A stretch of DNA of 64,000 bases from Octopus vulgaris (Eukaryota): contig OX597828.1 of assembly GCA_951406725.2 (NCBI GenBank), positions 61,566,001-61,630,000 on the forward strand, given 5' to 3'. Of this stretch, positions 38,571 to 53,589 are shown piece by piece; position 1 is the first letter of the stretch, and every line of letters begins with the position of its first letter. The notes below the pieces were generated by a model. The model was given only the letters and a program-made list of their open reading frames with translations. It had not been told where the DNA came from and did no database searches. Made by a program: the position numbers and the translations under genes.

Positions 38571-40205
38571 GTAAGAATAAATGCTATATACCCTGTGTCC
38601 GCCGCTCTGCATTAGCTATAGTTTAGGGTGGTCTTACAAGATCAAATATTGTTATAAGTAACAACTGTCAATGTGTAAAGACAAATGAAGAACTTATAGC
38701 CTTAGACCAAGGTCAGCTGACTCCAAACGGAAGTGATCACGAAGATAAACTATGCAAAACGAAATAGATTTTCTGATGTGACCAAAGGACATATGATTTA
38801 GAATGGTTGAGGATGAAAGTTTGAAGGTCTCTATTTGACGAGACGGCAAATGGGATTTCGATTAACTACACGAGGATAATAATGTAGAAAGACCGCAAGT
38901 ATAGTTGTGACCTGAATGCATGTGTCAGACCACACTTGACAAAAGAAAGAAATATAACGAAAAACATGCGTGTCTACTCCCAAAACTGCCAGAATAAAAT
39001 TGCTAAAATATACTGTCAAAAGTTCTTTTTTGCGTGTGTGATAATTATTTAAATGCATTGCACATTACTTAAATACATTGTGAAGTTATTCGCACTAAAA
39101 ATAATTACACGTGTCTGTAAGGAAAGAAAAAAAAGTGGTCTCCAAGTGTAGCAATGATGTTATTTCGCAAAACATAGAACGTTCAGCAACGAAAAACGTT
39201 TTGTATCATGTTATCTTCTTAGCATCCTGTCGAGAATATTCATTTTGTTCTCTTGACGTTTATGTATCAGCCCGAGTTTGGCTTCAGCCATAAAGCAATG
39301 TGCATTCGAGAGGTAGCATCTAGTGGCCGTCTCCGCATGCTAAAGTCACACTATACTTGGTGCCTCTACTACGTCTACCAGTAGACATATAAATACGGTT
39401 ACAGTCTATGTTGACTATAAGTTGGCTTTCATGTGAATGTAGTAAAACGTAAATATCACTCAACAACAAGTTCTAACGTTCAAAATATTTCTTAAAATAT
39501 AAATATTAGTGACTCCAAATTTAATGTATTTCAAGCAATAAAAAAATCGATCAATGGTTATTTTAAGGATAATATTAATTGCACATATAATAAAATTCAA
39601 TTTTCAGATGCAGTAAAATAGAAAACGAAAAATTGTTTGGCCTAATCCCCCATGCAATCTTAATGAGAGAATAAATATCACTAAACATTAGTCTTTTAAT
39701 ATTTTCCGAAAAACACTACATAAAAATTTTCTAAGAATAATGCTAAATTAGGTTTCAGTTACAGAAATAACAAATATTAAATTAAATTCTTGAGGAAGTC
39801 ATTGTGTCATTTGAGGTAAGAATCGTTTAAAGGCTAAAAGTGGCCACGTGAGAACATTCTATGAACTTGCAATCACTCTAAATCAATAAATGACATGTTC
39901 GAGTAACGCGACTCTTGTTAACCTTCGACCTGGCTCTATCAAGAATAAGATCGACATTTTTTTAGTCACGTTTCAATGAAACCAAATAGCTGGATATTTT
40001 CTTTGCTTGTTTCTAACGATATGTGTTGAGGGTTAAATTAATGTAGGTATTTAAGAATTTATATGTGTTTGAGTGTGTATTTGTGTGGAATGTATTTCTG
40101 CATGTTCATTTCTTTATGCTTGGTAATTCCTGTGTAGTTGGGTATGTTTGAGTGGACACTTTTGTATGTGTGTCTATTAATATGTCTTTGTATCGTTGCG
40201 TATTT

Positions 40206-40249
<44 letters not shown>

Positions 40250-40284
40250 CTCTGCTTATATTTCTTATTCATATGAACGTATAA

Positions 40285-41345
40285 TACGAAAGTTCTACCG
40301 AAAGTAATGCAAACATGGGGAAAACTTTTATTAACTGACATAGTTTGTTAAAATTTGCACATATAGGTACAATAACTCTTGTTTTCTATATAGGTACATC
40401 ACTATAGAGACTATCACAAGTGATACCTTTGCACCATCATTGAACTCAACTCTCGAATCCTCTTCAAAGGAATTGGGTATGCACTGTCGTAGCCACTTCC
40501 ACCTCATCTCTGTGCCTCTAAACTGTTCTTCATTAGACTGAACTGGCGGTAGTCAGATGACGCTTGATTCGATCTGTGTAGAGGACTGGAGACCACGGAG
40601 CAGTTCAATTTACTGATTACTGATTTGTTGCCAAAGATGTCTGCGTCACGCTTTGTCATGGTAAATGTGGATAAGTTTTAGATTCTTGTTCAGTCTCTTC
40701 CGCCTTAGATTTTTACTGTCTCAATCTACGGTTCACTGAACCGCTCAATGTTTTAGGTGCAGCCATGTTCCATAAAATCTAGAAAAATGACGTCCTTGAT
40801 ATCTCCCCAAAACAGTTGCCATTACTTTCTATGTTATTCGCCGGCTCTTGAAATTCGGAGGACAGATGTGACAATATTTCATAGACTGAATTTTCGCTTT
40901 GAGGCCCTAAAGACATAACTAGGTTTCATCCCTGTCTGCATTGGCTTCAAGTTCTTCCAGCAGAGCAAACCAGCCTGCTACACATCTGCCTTTAAATTGG
41001 GTGTCAACTACGGCGCTATCCAGTTTGCACACACTTTCCGGTAAGCAAATCTACCACAAACATCTGTAACACATTGTGACCATAAACCAGTTCTGCAGCT
41101 ACCTCATGAGTTATGACTCGCCTGTCCGTGCGAATTAGTTCGTCCGCTCGCTGAGGATTCGTGTCAGTGATCACACTTGACAGTTTTCCCCGGTGTGACT
41201 TGTCTTCAATACTGTTTTCTTCTTTAAACTATCATATTCCATCCATCTGTGCATACTCCTCTTGACATTAATGTCATCCCTGTACGCTTCTGTGAATGTC
41301 AGACGCTCTGCATTCCCTCCTGCTTCGAGCCTAAACCTCTTGGAA
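40285..41345 (-). mobile_element. Decayed mariner transposon
   Basis: Minus-strand pieces IEDKSHRGKLSSVITDTN..ADELIRTDRRVITHEVAAEL, DRDET*L (TGDETW), RKVMATV..DFMEHG; TIR-like tacgaaagttctaccgaaagtaatgc at ~40285. Confidence 0.8.
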
Positions 41346-41854
41346 CATTATTTGTCTGTAGTGAAGAATATGAGTCACAAAAGGGGAAAATTTATTCCAT
41401 CAAAGGGTGCTATTTGAATGACTTAAGTTCGGTAATAGGAAAGTTGTGCTCACTTTCGCATTACATTGCTGTAATCCTTATAGTTTTATGTACCAGTCAG
41501 TGGTAGCATACATTTGTAACTAAGTCTCTTATGTGCGTGTTTTGTATGTGTGTGAAAGCATGTATGCATAAATGTGAACGTTTGCTTTGTCTGGTGTATT
41601 TCAATTATCCCGACAAGAAGAAGAGAAAAAAAGATATTGTAAAAGAAAAACAACTCGGCCAAGAGATATTTGAAACCATGATTTCTCTATCCTGTTCACT
41701 TTTCATATCATATTGCTCGAATTAGGTTACGGTTCTGAACATAGAAGCGAGAAAGTAAATCGACAGGTCATAAAGAGTTGGGTAACTGAACTAATGTCGT
41801 TCTGTCTTCACTTGGTTTTAAATCAGAGAGAAAGAGCATATTCATACACACACA

Positions 41855-41890
<36 letters not shown>

Positions 41891-41968
41891 TACATACATA
41901 CATACATACATACATACATACATACATACATACATACATACATACATACATACATACATACATAATGC

Positions 41969-42060
<92 letters not shown>

Positions 42061-42281
42061 ATCAATTGATCAGACTGTTCCCTCAGCCGAACGACCATAT
42101 TATTGTGATCCTCAAAAACATTTCTTCTGTCCAGTCTGTTTTGCTTTATTTCAAATTATATTCATTCTTTTAAGTAATTTTGTGTTTCTTTCCTTGCGAG
42201 AGCAGCAGAGTTTCTTGACGCCAAGACTGAATGTATTTACAGTTAATGCATCATATTAGAAATCTCACTCATACACACACA

Positions 42282-42450
42282 TACACTCACTCACTCACTC
42301 ACTCACTCAGTCACTCACTCGTTCACTCACTCACTCACTCACTCACTCACTCGTTCACTCACTCGCTCACTCACTCACTCGCTCACTGACTCACTCACTC
42401 ACTGACTCACTCACTCACTCACTCACCCACTCACCCACTCACTCGTTCGC
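42282..42450. repeat. (CACT)n tetranucleotide array
   Basis: Read directly. Confidence 0.95.
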
Positions 42451-42543
42451 TAACACACATTTGCTCTCTTTCTCTCCTTTTCTCTCTCATGTCCACAGTT
42501 TCACTCTCTCTCTCTCTCTCTCTCCCTCTCACACACACATTCA

Positions 42544-42605
<62 letters not shown>

Positions 42606-42699
42606 GACTTGCTTGCTTTCATCTGATTGCTTTAGTTGGGCTCATGTTAGTCTTCGGCAGTGTTTTTCTCTTTTCTTAGTAGGTTCAGTCACAAGCATG

Positions 42700-43780
42700 A
42701 TGAGAGGAAACGTGTGTTGTAAGTAGACCTTAAAAGTGGAGCGAGTGGGTGGAGAAAGCGTCTTGGAACCCATTTTTGTGCGATTTTGAGGTCATCGCTT
42801 CTCTTACTCGGCTCAAAAATAGGGGTGGAATGTCGACACTATTTCTGAAAAACCTAGATCTTCCTGGAGTCGAGCAATAGCTTTGTATTCCTGGCCGTGA
42901 ACAATAGCAGAGATGATGTATAGTGACTAGTCATCATATATGCCCTGACTGGAACAGGGCAGCCAGATTTATTCAGGCGTCTGAAAGTTTTCCTGGAAAC
43001 TTCCCGGTCTTTAGTGCTAGTGGACAATTGGAACACCATTTTGGAGGCACGTCTGGATTGTATGGGGTTATCTGATTGGAGAAGAGGATATATTAGCCTC
43101 GTAAACCAGTTTAGTCAATTCAAACTTGTTGACAGATTGATTTCTTTTAATGTACCAATTTTGACATGGGTGAATGGTACCGGGTTACCCAAATCGTATC
43201 CAGATAAATTAATCTGTAAACCAGCAGATAACTGCCGCGCAGGTTGTCCACAGTTCAAAGTAGTCGAATACACAAAACACAAATTTGTGATTTATTCGGT
43301 CGACCGTACTAGAAACTACAAGCGTCTTTTCCAGTGCGCCAAGTTTACAGAGACCGGATTGCAGAACTAGTTAAAAGGGAGTTGACAGGGTCAGCCGGTC
43401 AGGGTTAACTCTGAACAGGGCTATTAGATTAGAACTGATAAGGTTTAGTAAGGAAGTAGTGATAGAAGCGGTACTTAAGAAATACCTTTCAACTTGCGCG
43501 CTGGCTGCGAAATTGACCATTGACTGATTCTTCTACGCTAAACACGAAGGCTGTATTGCCAGGATTAGGGCACATGCTCTAAGGCATGAGAAAACGAAAG
43601 CCGTTCGATGAGCACGGATCATGAGGCGCAACGTTGCATCAAATCCACAATTCAGTCTTTGAGGGATCGAGTGAGGCGCATGCTACGTGATTCCTAGCAT
43701 ATGTGTGCAACTTTTCAGTGATGTTTCGCTCAACTGATTGAGGCAGGCAGCGGACTGAAGTCCAAGGGCGAACTTTATCG
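42700..43780 (+). mobile_element. L1/Tx1-like LINE ORF2 N-terminal (APE endonuclease) remnant
   Basis: LVIIYA..QPDLFRRLKVFL..LVLVDNWN (GDWN), PILTWVN, KSYPDKL (SYLDR), YTKHKFV (TDH) in APE motif order. Confidence 0.82.
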
Positions 43781-44559
43781 CCCACCTCAGCGCTGGATTA
43801 ACCATTATGTAAAATAATCATGTGCTTAGGGTATAAAAGGAAGCGGGCACCACAGGCACAAAAGAAATCACTTTAAACTTGCTAAAACTATATTCAGTAT
43901 ATCTGATTAAACTTTCCTAATATAAATAACGTGAAAGAATACAAAAATAAACATTATTTTCCATCTTACTGTTAGTTTTGTTTCATTTTGAAAAATACAA
44001 ATTTATTTTGTGGCTTTTTTATTGTTTATATTTTGAATTACAAATATATGGAGGCACCAAAATCTTTTATGTGCTGAGGGCCTCTGTGGGACTAGATTCA
44101 ATCCTGGCCTACCATGACGGCCTGCTGCCTACAGAGCTCAGCGAAAGGTCAATAACTGCATGATTAAAAAGTACGCTCGGAAACAATGTGGTTCTGGATT
44201 TAGTTCCATTTGTAGCAACTTGGGCACATACATTCACAGCACAAAAGAAATCATTTTAAATTTACTAAAACTATATTCGGCATGTTTTATCTCTACTAAG
44301 TATAGAAGCAGATGTGTTACGTAAGATTAATTTTGAGTATTTGATTAAAGACTTTGTAATTAAAAAACAATTGGGAGAAAATTTTAGCCTCAAGTGTTAT
44401 AACGTCTTGAGCGAAATTTAGTGGACAAAGTTGCGTATCTAATTGATCCAATGGCCCAATCATCTTCAACAGCCCGTTGACAATCAGAATGAGAAATTTG
44501 ATGCATTTCTGAAGGTGTTGTTTTGCTCTTTTCTACTTAAGTTTTTACTCTTGGGAGGG

Positions 44560-45100
44560 TATATGTAAGTATGTATGTATATAAGTATGAATGAAAGTAT
44601 GTATGTAAGTATGTATGTATGTATGTATGTATGTATGTATGTATGCATGTGCAATAAATTCACATACTTCATTCACATGTATGTATGTATGTATGTATGT
44701 ATATAAGTATGTATATAAGTATGTATCAAAGTATGTATGTAAGTATGTATGTATGTATGTATGTATGCATGTATGTATGTATGAAAGTATGTATGTATGT
44801 ATGTATGTATGTATGTATTATATATGTATGTATTATATATGTATGTATGTATGTATTATATATGTAAGTATGTATGTATGTAAGTAAGTATGTATGTATG
44901 TACGTACGTATGTATGTGTGTACGTATGTAATATTTATGTATATATATGATGTCCAAATAATGACTGTAGTATGAAACATTAGATGACATTTCCGGGTGG
45001 TATTATTGAGTTAGACGTGGAGTGGGCCTCATCTGACCGAATCTCATCTATGTATATTTATTGCAAATACATACATACATCCACACACACACACATACAG

Positions 45101-45135
<35 letters not shown>

Positions 45136-45482
45136 CACACATACACAAATACACATATATATTCATACGTTCATATGTATGCATGTATGTACGTATATGT
45201 GTAAGTATGTATGTGTGTATGTATGTGTGTATTAATGTATGCATGTAGGTATGTGTCTGTCTGTGTCAAGCTGCCTGTCTGTACGTATGTATGTACGTAT
45301 GTCTATATGTGTGCATGTATGTATGTATGTATGTATGTATGTATGTATGTATGTATGTATGTATGTATGTATGTATGTGTGCATGTATGTATGTATGTAT
45401 GTATGTATGTATGTATGTATGTATGTATGTATGTATGTATGTATGTATGCATGTGCAATAAATTCACATACTTCATTCACAA
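44560..45482. repeat. (TATG)n arrays with a duplicated 37-bp unique spacer
   Basis: gtatgcatgtgcaataaattcacatacttcattcaca occurs at ~44641 and ~45445. Confidence 0.9.
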
Positions 45483-45941
45483 GTTCACATTTGAAAAGAA
45501 TCAAATACCACCAGAAGTAGTTTTTTTCCCCCCACTAAACCTGATCGTAATTTTTATTCTTCGTTGAAGGCACCCTGCCGTTCTTTGAGATTTAGCCTCT
45601 GTCGACTGCAGGCCATCTATCAGCACAGTAGGATGCATCACGCCCCACTGACCTGTGATGGCTTTACGGCCAGCTCTCTCATCAACGTTGCCACTCCCAT
45701 TTATTTTTCTCTGCTCTCCTGTAGTTTTAGATTAATGGCCTTAACGAACGCACGAAACAGAAGAGGGAAGAAGGTTCATTTGGCACAATAGACTGGACAA
45801 AAACATTGCTCATAAATACTATGTACTTCGTATACACGTTCTATAAAGATATGCTAATTCATGTATGTTTCAGATAAAGAGAAGCGTACACTCACATCAC
45901 ACAAAGAAGCCTATTCACATACATACATGCAGGGACGTGTA

Positions 45942-45975
<34 letters not shown>

Positions 45976-46013
45976 GTGTGTGTGTGTACGTGTGCGTATA
46001 CATTCATATTAGA

Positions 46014-46240
46014 TACCTATTTCTTTATTACCCACAAGGGGCTAAACACAGAGGGAACAAACAAGGACATACATAGGTATTAAGTCGATTACATCGACCC
46101 CAGTGCGTAACTGGTACTTAATTAATCGACCCCGAAAGGATGAAAGGCAAAGTCGACCTCGGCGGAATTTGAACTCACAACGTAACGCAGACGAAATACG
46201 CTAAGCATGTCACCCGGCGTGCTAACGTTTCTGCTCGCTC
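46014..46240 (-). mobile_element. SINE family A, near full length
   Basis: Close reverse complement of 23391-23617. Confidence 0.92.
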
Positions 46241-46291
46241 ATACCGGCAGGCAGTGTGTTCGAAATTTAAACTTTTTTACTATACCACTTG

Positions 46292-46380
<89 letters not shown>

Positions 46381-46465
46381 GCACGCAGGCACTCACACAT
46401 ACACACAAATACATGCATACACACACACACATGCTGTCACACACATGTACATATACATACATACA

Positions 46466-46498
<33 letters not shown>

Positions 46499-47006
46499 TC
46501 TGTTTCAGTTATTGGACTGCGATCAGGATGGAGCACTTGATGGAAGGATTAATGGCAACGTTAACCTCGGTGAGATTGGAACTCACAGAACGAAAAGAGT
46601 GGGAACAAATGCCACAATGCATTCTGTCCGGTGCTCAATCGATTCTTCTTATAGGCAAGGTACAGAAGAAATGTTACAACTCTATAACACTCTAAAAGTA
46701 GCTCTCTTTGATGAAATCTACATCTTTCACTATCAGTTTCTATACAACGTAAACGGGATACTCTCCGCAGAGCACACACGCCACAAATAAAATATCACTG
46801 CCAACAGAGGTCATATTCTACAGAATAACCGTCCCAAGAATTCAGAACAACTCGGGCAACATATACAACATCGGGAGTGTGATGTGACTAACAGGTTCAC
46901 TTTGTGACCCCATGGTTCCAGGTTTGAACTAAGCGGTACCTTGAGTAAGTCTACTAGAATCTGTGGTTGTGCAATGCCTAGTGAGTGGTGCTTGGTAGAT
47001 AGAAAC

Positions 47007-47041
<35 letters not shown>

Positions 47042-47174
47042 GTGTGCGTGCGTGTGTGTGTGTATGTATTGTGTTTGTATGTGTGTGTGTGTGTGTGTGT
47101 GCGTGTGTGTGCGTGCGTGTGTGTGTGTATGTATTGTGTTTGTGTGTGTGTGGGTGTGTGTCTGTGTGTGTGTG

Positions 47175-47465
47175 TGTCTATCTGTCTGTTTGTCTGTATG
47201 TGTGCATCACTAAAGCTCGAGAATTACGCAACCGATTTCCTTCAAATGTTATACATGCCTTACTTAGGATCCATGCAGTGTCATAGGCCAAAAATTTTTT
47301 AACTTGTTGCCCGGGGTAACTACTTATCTCTAACACTACTTCAGTATTACGTGTCAAAAGCGAAACAATAATATCTCTATTGTAGTGTGAGTTAATACTT
47401 TCAGTTTTAATAGTGAAACTATTAATGCTTTCACTATCTATATATATTTATTAGTTTCACTTCAC
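47175..47465 (+). mobile_element. Non-autonomous Helitron-like fragment
   Basis: (TGTC)-rich start followed by aaagctcgagaattacgcaaccgatttccttcaaat, resembling invertebrate non-autonomous Helitrons (recalled pattern). Confidence 0.45.
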
Positions 47466-47539
47466 TATGATATATTTATGTATGTATATGTATATATCAG
47501 TATGTGTATATATATGCATATGTACATATATATATATAA

Positions 47540-47811
47540 GTTGATGTTGGCATCATTTTTGTCTCGGGAGACAATGGAGTTGCGCATAAAATAAACAAGT
47601 CCGGCTTTTACATTTCATGTCCTAATACATCTCCTGCTATGGCTGCTTAGTTCTATCCTGGACAAACACTCCCTCTGGCAGGTGCCGCAAATATAGCTAA
47701 GACTTTGCCTGGCTGGTTGTGATGTCACATATATATATACACATATATATTTGTGTATATATATGTATATATATATGTATGTATATTTATGTATATATAT
47801 ATATATGTATA

Positions 47812-47854
<43 letters not shown>

Positions 47855-48073
47855 GTGTGTGTATATATGTATATATATGTATATATATGTATATATGTAT
47901 ATATATATATATACATATGTGTGTGTGTATATATGTATATGTATATATATGTATATATATAAATAGATGTATATTTATATATATATGTGTGTGTGTATGT
48001 GTATATGCGTATATATAGATGCATATATATGTATATATATAAGTATATATCTATATATATTTCTATATGTATG

Positions 48074-48104
<31 letters not shown>

Positions 48105-48665
48105 ACATATATGTCAGGTCCCTTTCGAGTGCTACTGGTAACATGTAACCCAGTACAACATGTGGCATGGTCGGGTCGTCGGCGACTAAACCGGCAACCC
48201 CACCAAGCTTGCTTGGTGAGGAGTGTGTTTATTGGACGCCCTTCGGGATGAAAAACAAAACCCGTCAAAGGGCAGAGGAACTCTTGAGAGTCAACGGCCA
48301 ACCAATAAATGTCTTAAGGCTGTATCATGCGCGGGACATAGAAATAATCGGACTGAATACCCGATCGCGCGGTTAAACCATTGGGAGTGAAGGACTCCTA
48401 GCCTTTGTTAGGGCATCTTTCTAGGAGAAGGTAACTCAGGTAACTGGGATAACTCCGACATAAAACCTGCGGCTCAGTGGTTACCGATGACGTTGACTTG
48501 TTCTTCTTATCGGATTATGGCTGCTGCTGCTTAGTGAGTAGGGTTGACTCAGTGCACAGCCTTTCCTCACTTAAAAAAATATATATTCTTGCACAGGCAT
48601 TGCACGATAAGAACATTGATTAAGCTTCGTGCAATGGCCATACTCGATAACGAGGGGGCAGCCAC
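47540..48665 (+). mobile_element. RTE-derived non-autonomous element interrupted by (TA)n (47725-48110)
   Basis: RTE 5'-UTR-like motifs gggatgaaaaacaaaacccgtcaaa, gagagtcaacggcc and ctaggagaaggtaactc. Confidence 0.5.
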
Positions 48666-48688
48666 CGTGTATACATACACACACACAC

Positions 48689-48834
<146 letters not shown>

Positions 48835-48891
48835 GTATATATGTGTATATGTGTATATATATATATATATGTATATATATATGTGTGTGTG

Positions 48892-48958
<67 letters not shown>

Positions 48959-49056
48959 GTGTGTGTATGTGCATATTTGTGTGTCTCTGTTTGTCCCCGC
49001 ACCATCGCTTGACAACCGATGTTGGTGTGTTCACATTAATTTTTTTCATAACGATA

Positions 49057-49720
49057 ATGGAAGTGACAAAGAAGCGTATTCAGTATATTTTGCTTTATGA
49101 GTTCAATAAGGACAACAGTGCAACGGATTGTGCGAGGGATATTTATGCAATATATGGGGATCGGACAATAAGCATAAGCCAGTGTCAACAGTGGTTCCAG
49201 AAATTCCGAGCCGGAAACTACAGCCTCGAGGACGAACCTCGTCCTGGAAGATCTGTAGAGCTCGACGAGGGCGTCCTGCAAACCGTGGTGGAACAAAATC
49301 CCATCGTAACTGTTGAAGAACGAACAGAGAAGCTTTTATTTTGACATTCAACCATTCATCGACACCTGCATACCATCGGAAAAGTCCGCAAATTGGTTTC
49401 AAGACGAAAGATGTTCTTCCATCAGGATAATGCTCGGCCACATATAGCTAGGATGGAATTCCAAAGGCTGGAGCAGTTTGAATGGCAGACGGTGCCCCAC
49501 CAACAATATTCGCGAGACATTGCCCCATCTGATTGTCATTTATTCTCAGTCTTCAAAAACATTTGGACGGAAAAAATATGAATTCTGTAGACAAGGCCAG
49601 AACAGTACTGGCGGAGTATTTTTCATCGCGGACAAGGGAATTTTGGAAGAGGGGTCTTGCATGTCTACCAGATAGATGGAAGAGCACTCTAGAAAGTGAA
49701 GGAGAGTATATTTTAGATAA
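49057..49720 (+). pseudogene. Internally deleted mariner transposase
   Basis: [36 protein letters not shown]; FHQDNARPH; YSRDIAPSDCHLF; GLACLPDRW..EGEYILD. The first catalytic-D region is missing and there are frameshifts. Confidence 0.93.
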
Positions 49721-49829
49721 AAAAGATAAATGTATTGTAAATGCACAAACGAAAAACAAACACAGAATGTTAAGTTAAAAGACATTAAATGCACAACGAA
49801 CGAAAAACAGACACAGAATGTCCTAATTC

Positions 49830-51570
49830 CTTATCAGTTATTGACCAAAGAATATGACACACGAAATTGCGTTATGCAACAATGCGAGAGACCATAACTA
49901 ATAAGGGAGAGCTGGCAAAGACCAATACAATTATGAAAGTGATACAAATCAATTTGCTGGAGATTTCAACGGTAAAGGACACACCCATCAGAGATAAAGA
50001 CAAAGAAACTGCAGATTGAGACAGAGATATTAAAGACGGAAAATATCAGGTGATGTTTAATTTTAAGAAAATGGATTTACTGAAACTGGTGCAGAAAACA
50101 AGAACTGTAAACTGGTTTTTAAAGTATATACATTGAAACACTATCACAGAAACTAATAGCTTTATGAAGTCAGAAAATATATGATTTGAAGCTAGATGTC
50201 TACTAAGCAATGGGAAGAGATAAAACTAAAGGATGAACAATGACCCGTGGTGGAAGAGGAAGATTCTTGGACAAATAAAATGGACGCGGGGTGGGGATTT
50301 GTCAGTACTAGACAGAAGAAGAAAAAGGGAACTGCAAAATCATTGCAAGTATAGCATTCTGAAAGTTTGTTTCGATATTGATTTCAAAGGGTTACCGACA
50401 GTAATCCAGGAATAAAAGTGGTATGTGTAAACCAAGAGAGCAAAAATCACACAATACAGACAAAACAGACACTTCGAATTAGACCGAAACAGATTTTACC
50501 AGAAAACAAACATACACGTACCACACATTCAGTGGGAAGACAAAGGGTTTGGGAGAGAGAAATCACGCAACACTAACACAAAATGGCAATGCAATATGAG
50601 AGACACCATGGAAGAAGATATTAAGATAAGCAAGGAAGGTGTTCAACGTGTCGGGAGAGATATAAACAAGAAAAGAGGCAGGCTCAGATGGTGAAAAGCT
50701 GGAAGTGAGTTCAAGGAAAGAAAAACTCAGCTCAAACATCTTCTTTTTATGGACTACTTGAAGCTTTATGTGAGGGACGAAAACCAGATGAATTCACTAA
50801 ATCACGCAGCGCTTTCCTTTAGCGTTGATATTAGAAAGGAATTTGGCTGTAAAAGTGTATGCTGATTCTAAAAAGTCCAAGTGGTTAGTGTGAAAGTACC
50901 CACAGGGAGGTCATGAAGGGGATTGACAAGTAGGGATACAAGTATTTGAGAATATTGGAAGTAGATGAAATGATGAAAATCCAAATGAAGAAGTTGAGAT
51001 TGATTTTGAAAACTAATCTGAATGGAAGATTTAAGCAAAAACCCACCGGAAACCTGAAACAGAGGCCCAGGAATAAGTTGAGAACAGAATGGATCATTCT
51101 GCGGAATCTGGCAAATACGGAATGTATGGTGAAATGAATAGACAGTATGGCATATTTTGAGCCAATGCAGCAAAATGACTTTATGTCCCAATGTGATCAT
51201 GGAATCGAACAACAGAAACCCAATATTGTTCTGGGAGAAAAAAAGAGGAAAATCTTGCCTGATCATAAGATATCGCTTGCTCTGGAGACAATAGAATCTC
51301 TGAAAAAGGAGAAAAACTGACGAGACATGAAGCTCTGAAGAGAGAAAAAAAAACTATGGTCAAGGAAAAGGAGTAGATAGTGCCAATAATAGCTGTTTAT
51401 GTATATACAATGGTCAAAGAAATTAAAAATAGGCCGGAAAGATTGGCATAAAAATCTAAATAGATCAATTTGAGAAAGCAGCATTACTTAGCAAAATCTT
51501 AGAGACTTGCAAAGAACATACCACTTTAGTTCATGAGAAGCAAACAGCACCTTCGAAAACAAGCTGTGTA
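49830..51570 (+). mobile_element. Decayed R4/Dong-like non-LTR element (RT plus restriction-like endonuclease)
   Basis: PWWKRKILGQIK..DLSVL; HLLFMDYLKLY (FMDDLKLY); DIRKEFG; QCDHGIEQQKPNIVL and CLIIRYRL/IACSGD (PD..D REL motif); ends in (TAA)n. Confidence 0.8.
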
Positions 51571-51572
51571 GA

Positions 51573-51639
<67 letters not shown>

Positions 51640-51818
51640 TCAACAATTGAGGTATGCGTTTTAAGGTTACCACCAGCCAGATGGTAGCTATACTTGGAAC
51701 AGCTCGTGTGTTGAAGAAAGTGTTGCGTCTCTAAACTGCAGGGTAGAGCTGAGACGTGACATAGATATAGATAAATCAGTTAAGTGAATAAAAATAAAAA
51801 TGATAATAATGATAATAA
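51640..51818 (+). mobile_element. Short 5'-truncated R4/Dong-like 3' end
   Basis: QMVAILGTARVLKKVLRL* plus a short UTR, between (TAA)n at 51573-51638 and a taataatgataataa tail. Confidence 0.7.
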
Positions 51819-53082
51819 AAGAAAGTAAGAATGAAACCTAAACATTCTATTCAATGAAAACAAGCACCATAAACAGATAAAAACTTATGCATCTAATAAA
51901 TCGCACTAAACATTCTACATTTATAGTGCAAACCGCCTAAGATTTTATATTCGTAATTCATATGCATACAAGCGAATGTCATTTGTGGTTGAATAAGACG
52001 CTTTGAAATAGGAGGTGGTATAGTTGGTGAAGAATTTTTTTAAAGGGTAAGTGCTGCTCTGACAATAACCAGACAGTTGCTAACAGTCATATATCAAAAT
52101 ATAACAACGAGGTTCTCACAATCAGCAGCTTTCCTCCTTTCTGTTTAGAAATTTATATTCTCCGGAGTAGATGAAACCTTAAGGTTTTACACAGCAACAA
52201 ATCCAAATTAACGTACACAAATATTCACACACTTGCATACGTATACAAGCACACATACACATATAAGGCAAATAACATATATGTATGAATGGATGCATAC
52301 TGGGTTAGATAGCAAGTAAAGAAGTAAAAAAAACACTTTAGGTATAATAGAAAACCAGTAGCCCAGGAGATAAAAATATCAAATAAAGAAATGGAAAACA
52401 AGGTCGCTGGACGGACAATTAATGATAGAATTAAATACCTTGTCATTCAGATTAGATACGTTAGAATTTCTTACAGAGTAGCTCGACCTACAAAAATTTC
52501 ATGTCTCTTTTTCCAAGACTCTCTCTTCTCTTGTAAACTTTCATTGCATTTTTCTTTAATCTATATTTCTTCTCCACTTTTCCCTTACATATGGCTGAAT
52601 TCTCTTTTGTCGTACACATTCCTTTTAGCTTCTCGTAAGTCGTCTAGTGCTACACTTATTTTACAAAATCAAAAGAAATAAATGGTTAGTATCAGAGAGC
52701 AATTATTTGCGCGAAGACATACACATTAAATAATTAAGGTTTTATAAAAACAATTTTTTTTCATTCATTTGGAAAGAAATGACATTCTTCACAGTTACGT
52801 CCTTACCATTAACTACTACAGCCAGCATTCAACCCCACCACTTTGATATATTTACCTTTCACTCTACTGCATAAATTTTCTTTCTTATATTCCTACCAAT
52901 TGAACAGCAGGCAACTACAATGTGCCGGATCATATTCTGTATAGCGTTCCTTATTCCTCCTCTCTCCCACTCACTGTTATCACCTCCTTCAGAAGAGAGC
53001 GTAAGTAGAAAGTAACTAAAGAATAAAACTTCGAACAAAGTTTTAATTTAAAGCAATCAAGTTTTAATTAAATATTCTGTCG

Positions 53083-53143
<61 letters not shown>

Positions 53144-53159
53144 TTATACACACATACGT

Positions 53160-53588
53160 ACTTGGAATTTGCAAAAAAAAACAAAAAACGAAAACAGGTG
53201 TGTAAATATAAAACAGGTATATAAGTTTAACGCTCGGGAAAGTGAGAAAGTATTTTGCGTTTCGAGCCTACGCTCTTCAACAGAAAGGAACATGAGAAAA
53301 TAAACAGAGAGGGAATAAAAAGAGAAGGCTTTATTAGCTAGTCAATCATGGTGATGGCCGGACAGTGCTGGTCAGACAGGGGAGCTAGGAAGAAGGGGAG
53401 ATAATAAAGTAGTGGTGATCCCAAAATGAAGGAGCGCGTGCGTGTGTATGTGAGAGCGTGTGTGCGTGTGGTTAGGGGCTGGTGACCTTGATGCGTGGGT
53501 GTGTGCATGTGTTGGTGTATAGATAATGGTGTGGGTGCTGGGAAGTGGTCACTGTGCAGGGTTGTGGGATGTGGTGTGGTGTTGTGAG
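53160..53588 (-). mobile_element. Solo PLE pseudo-LTR (homolog of 35283-35705) with an HHR-like motif at 53252-53288
   Basis: Shared cgtttcgagcctacgctcttc and ataaagtagtggtgatcccaaaa; motif CTTT-CTGTTGA-A-GAGC(gtag)GCTC-GAAAC-GCA. Confidence 0.85.
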
Positions 53589-53589
53589 A

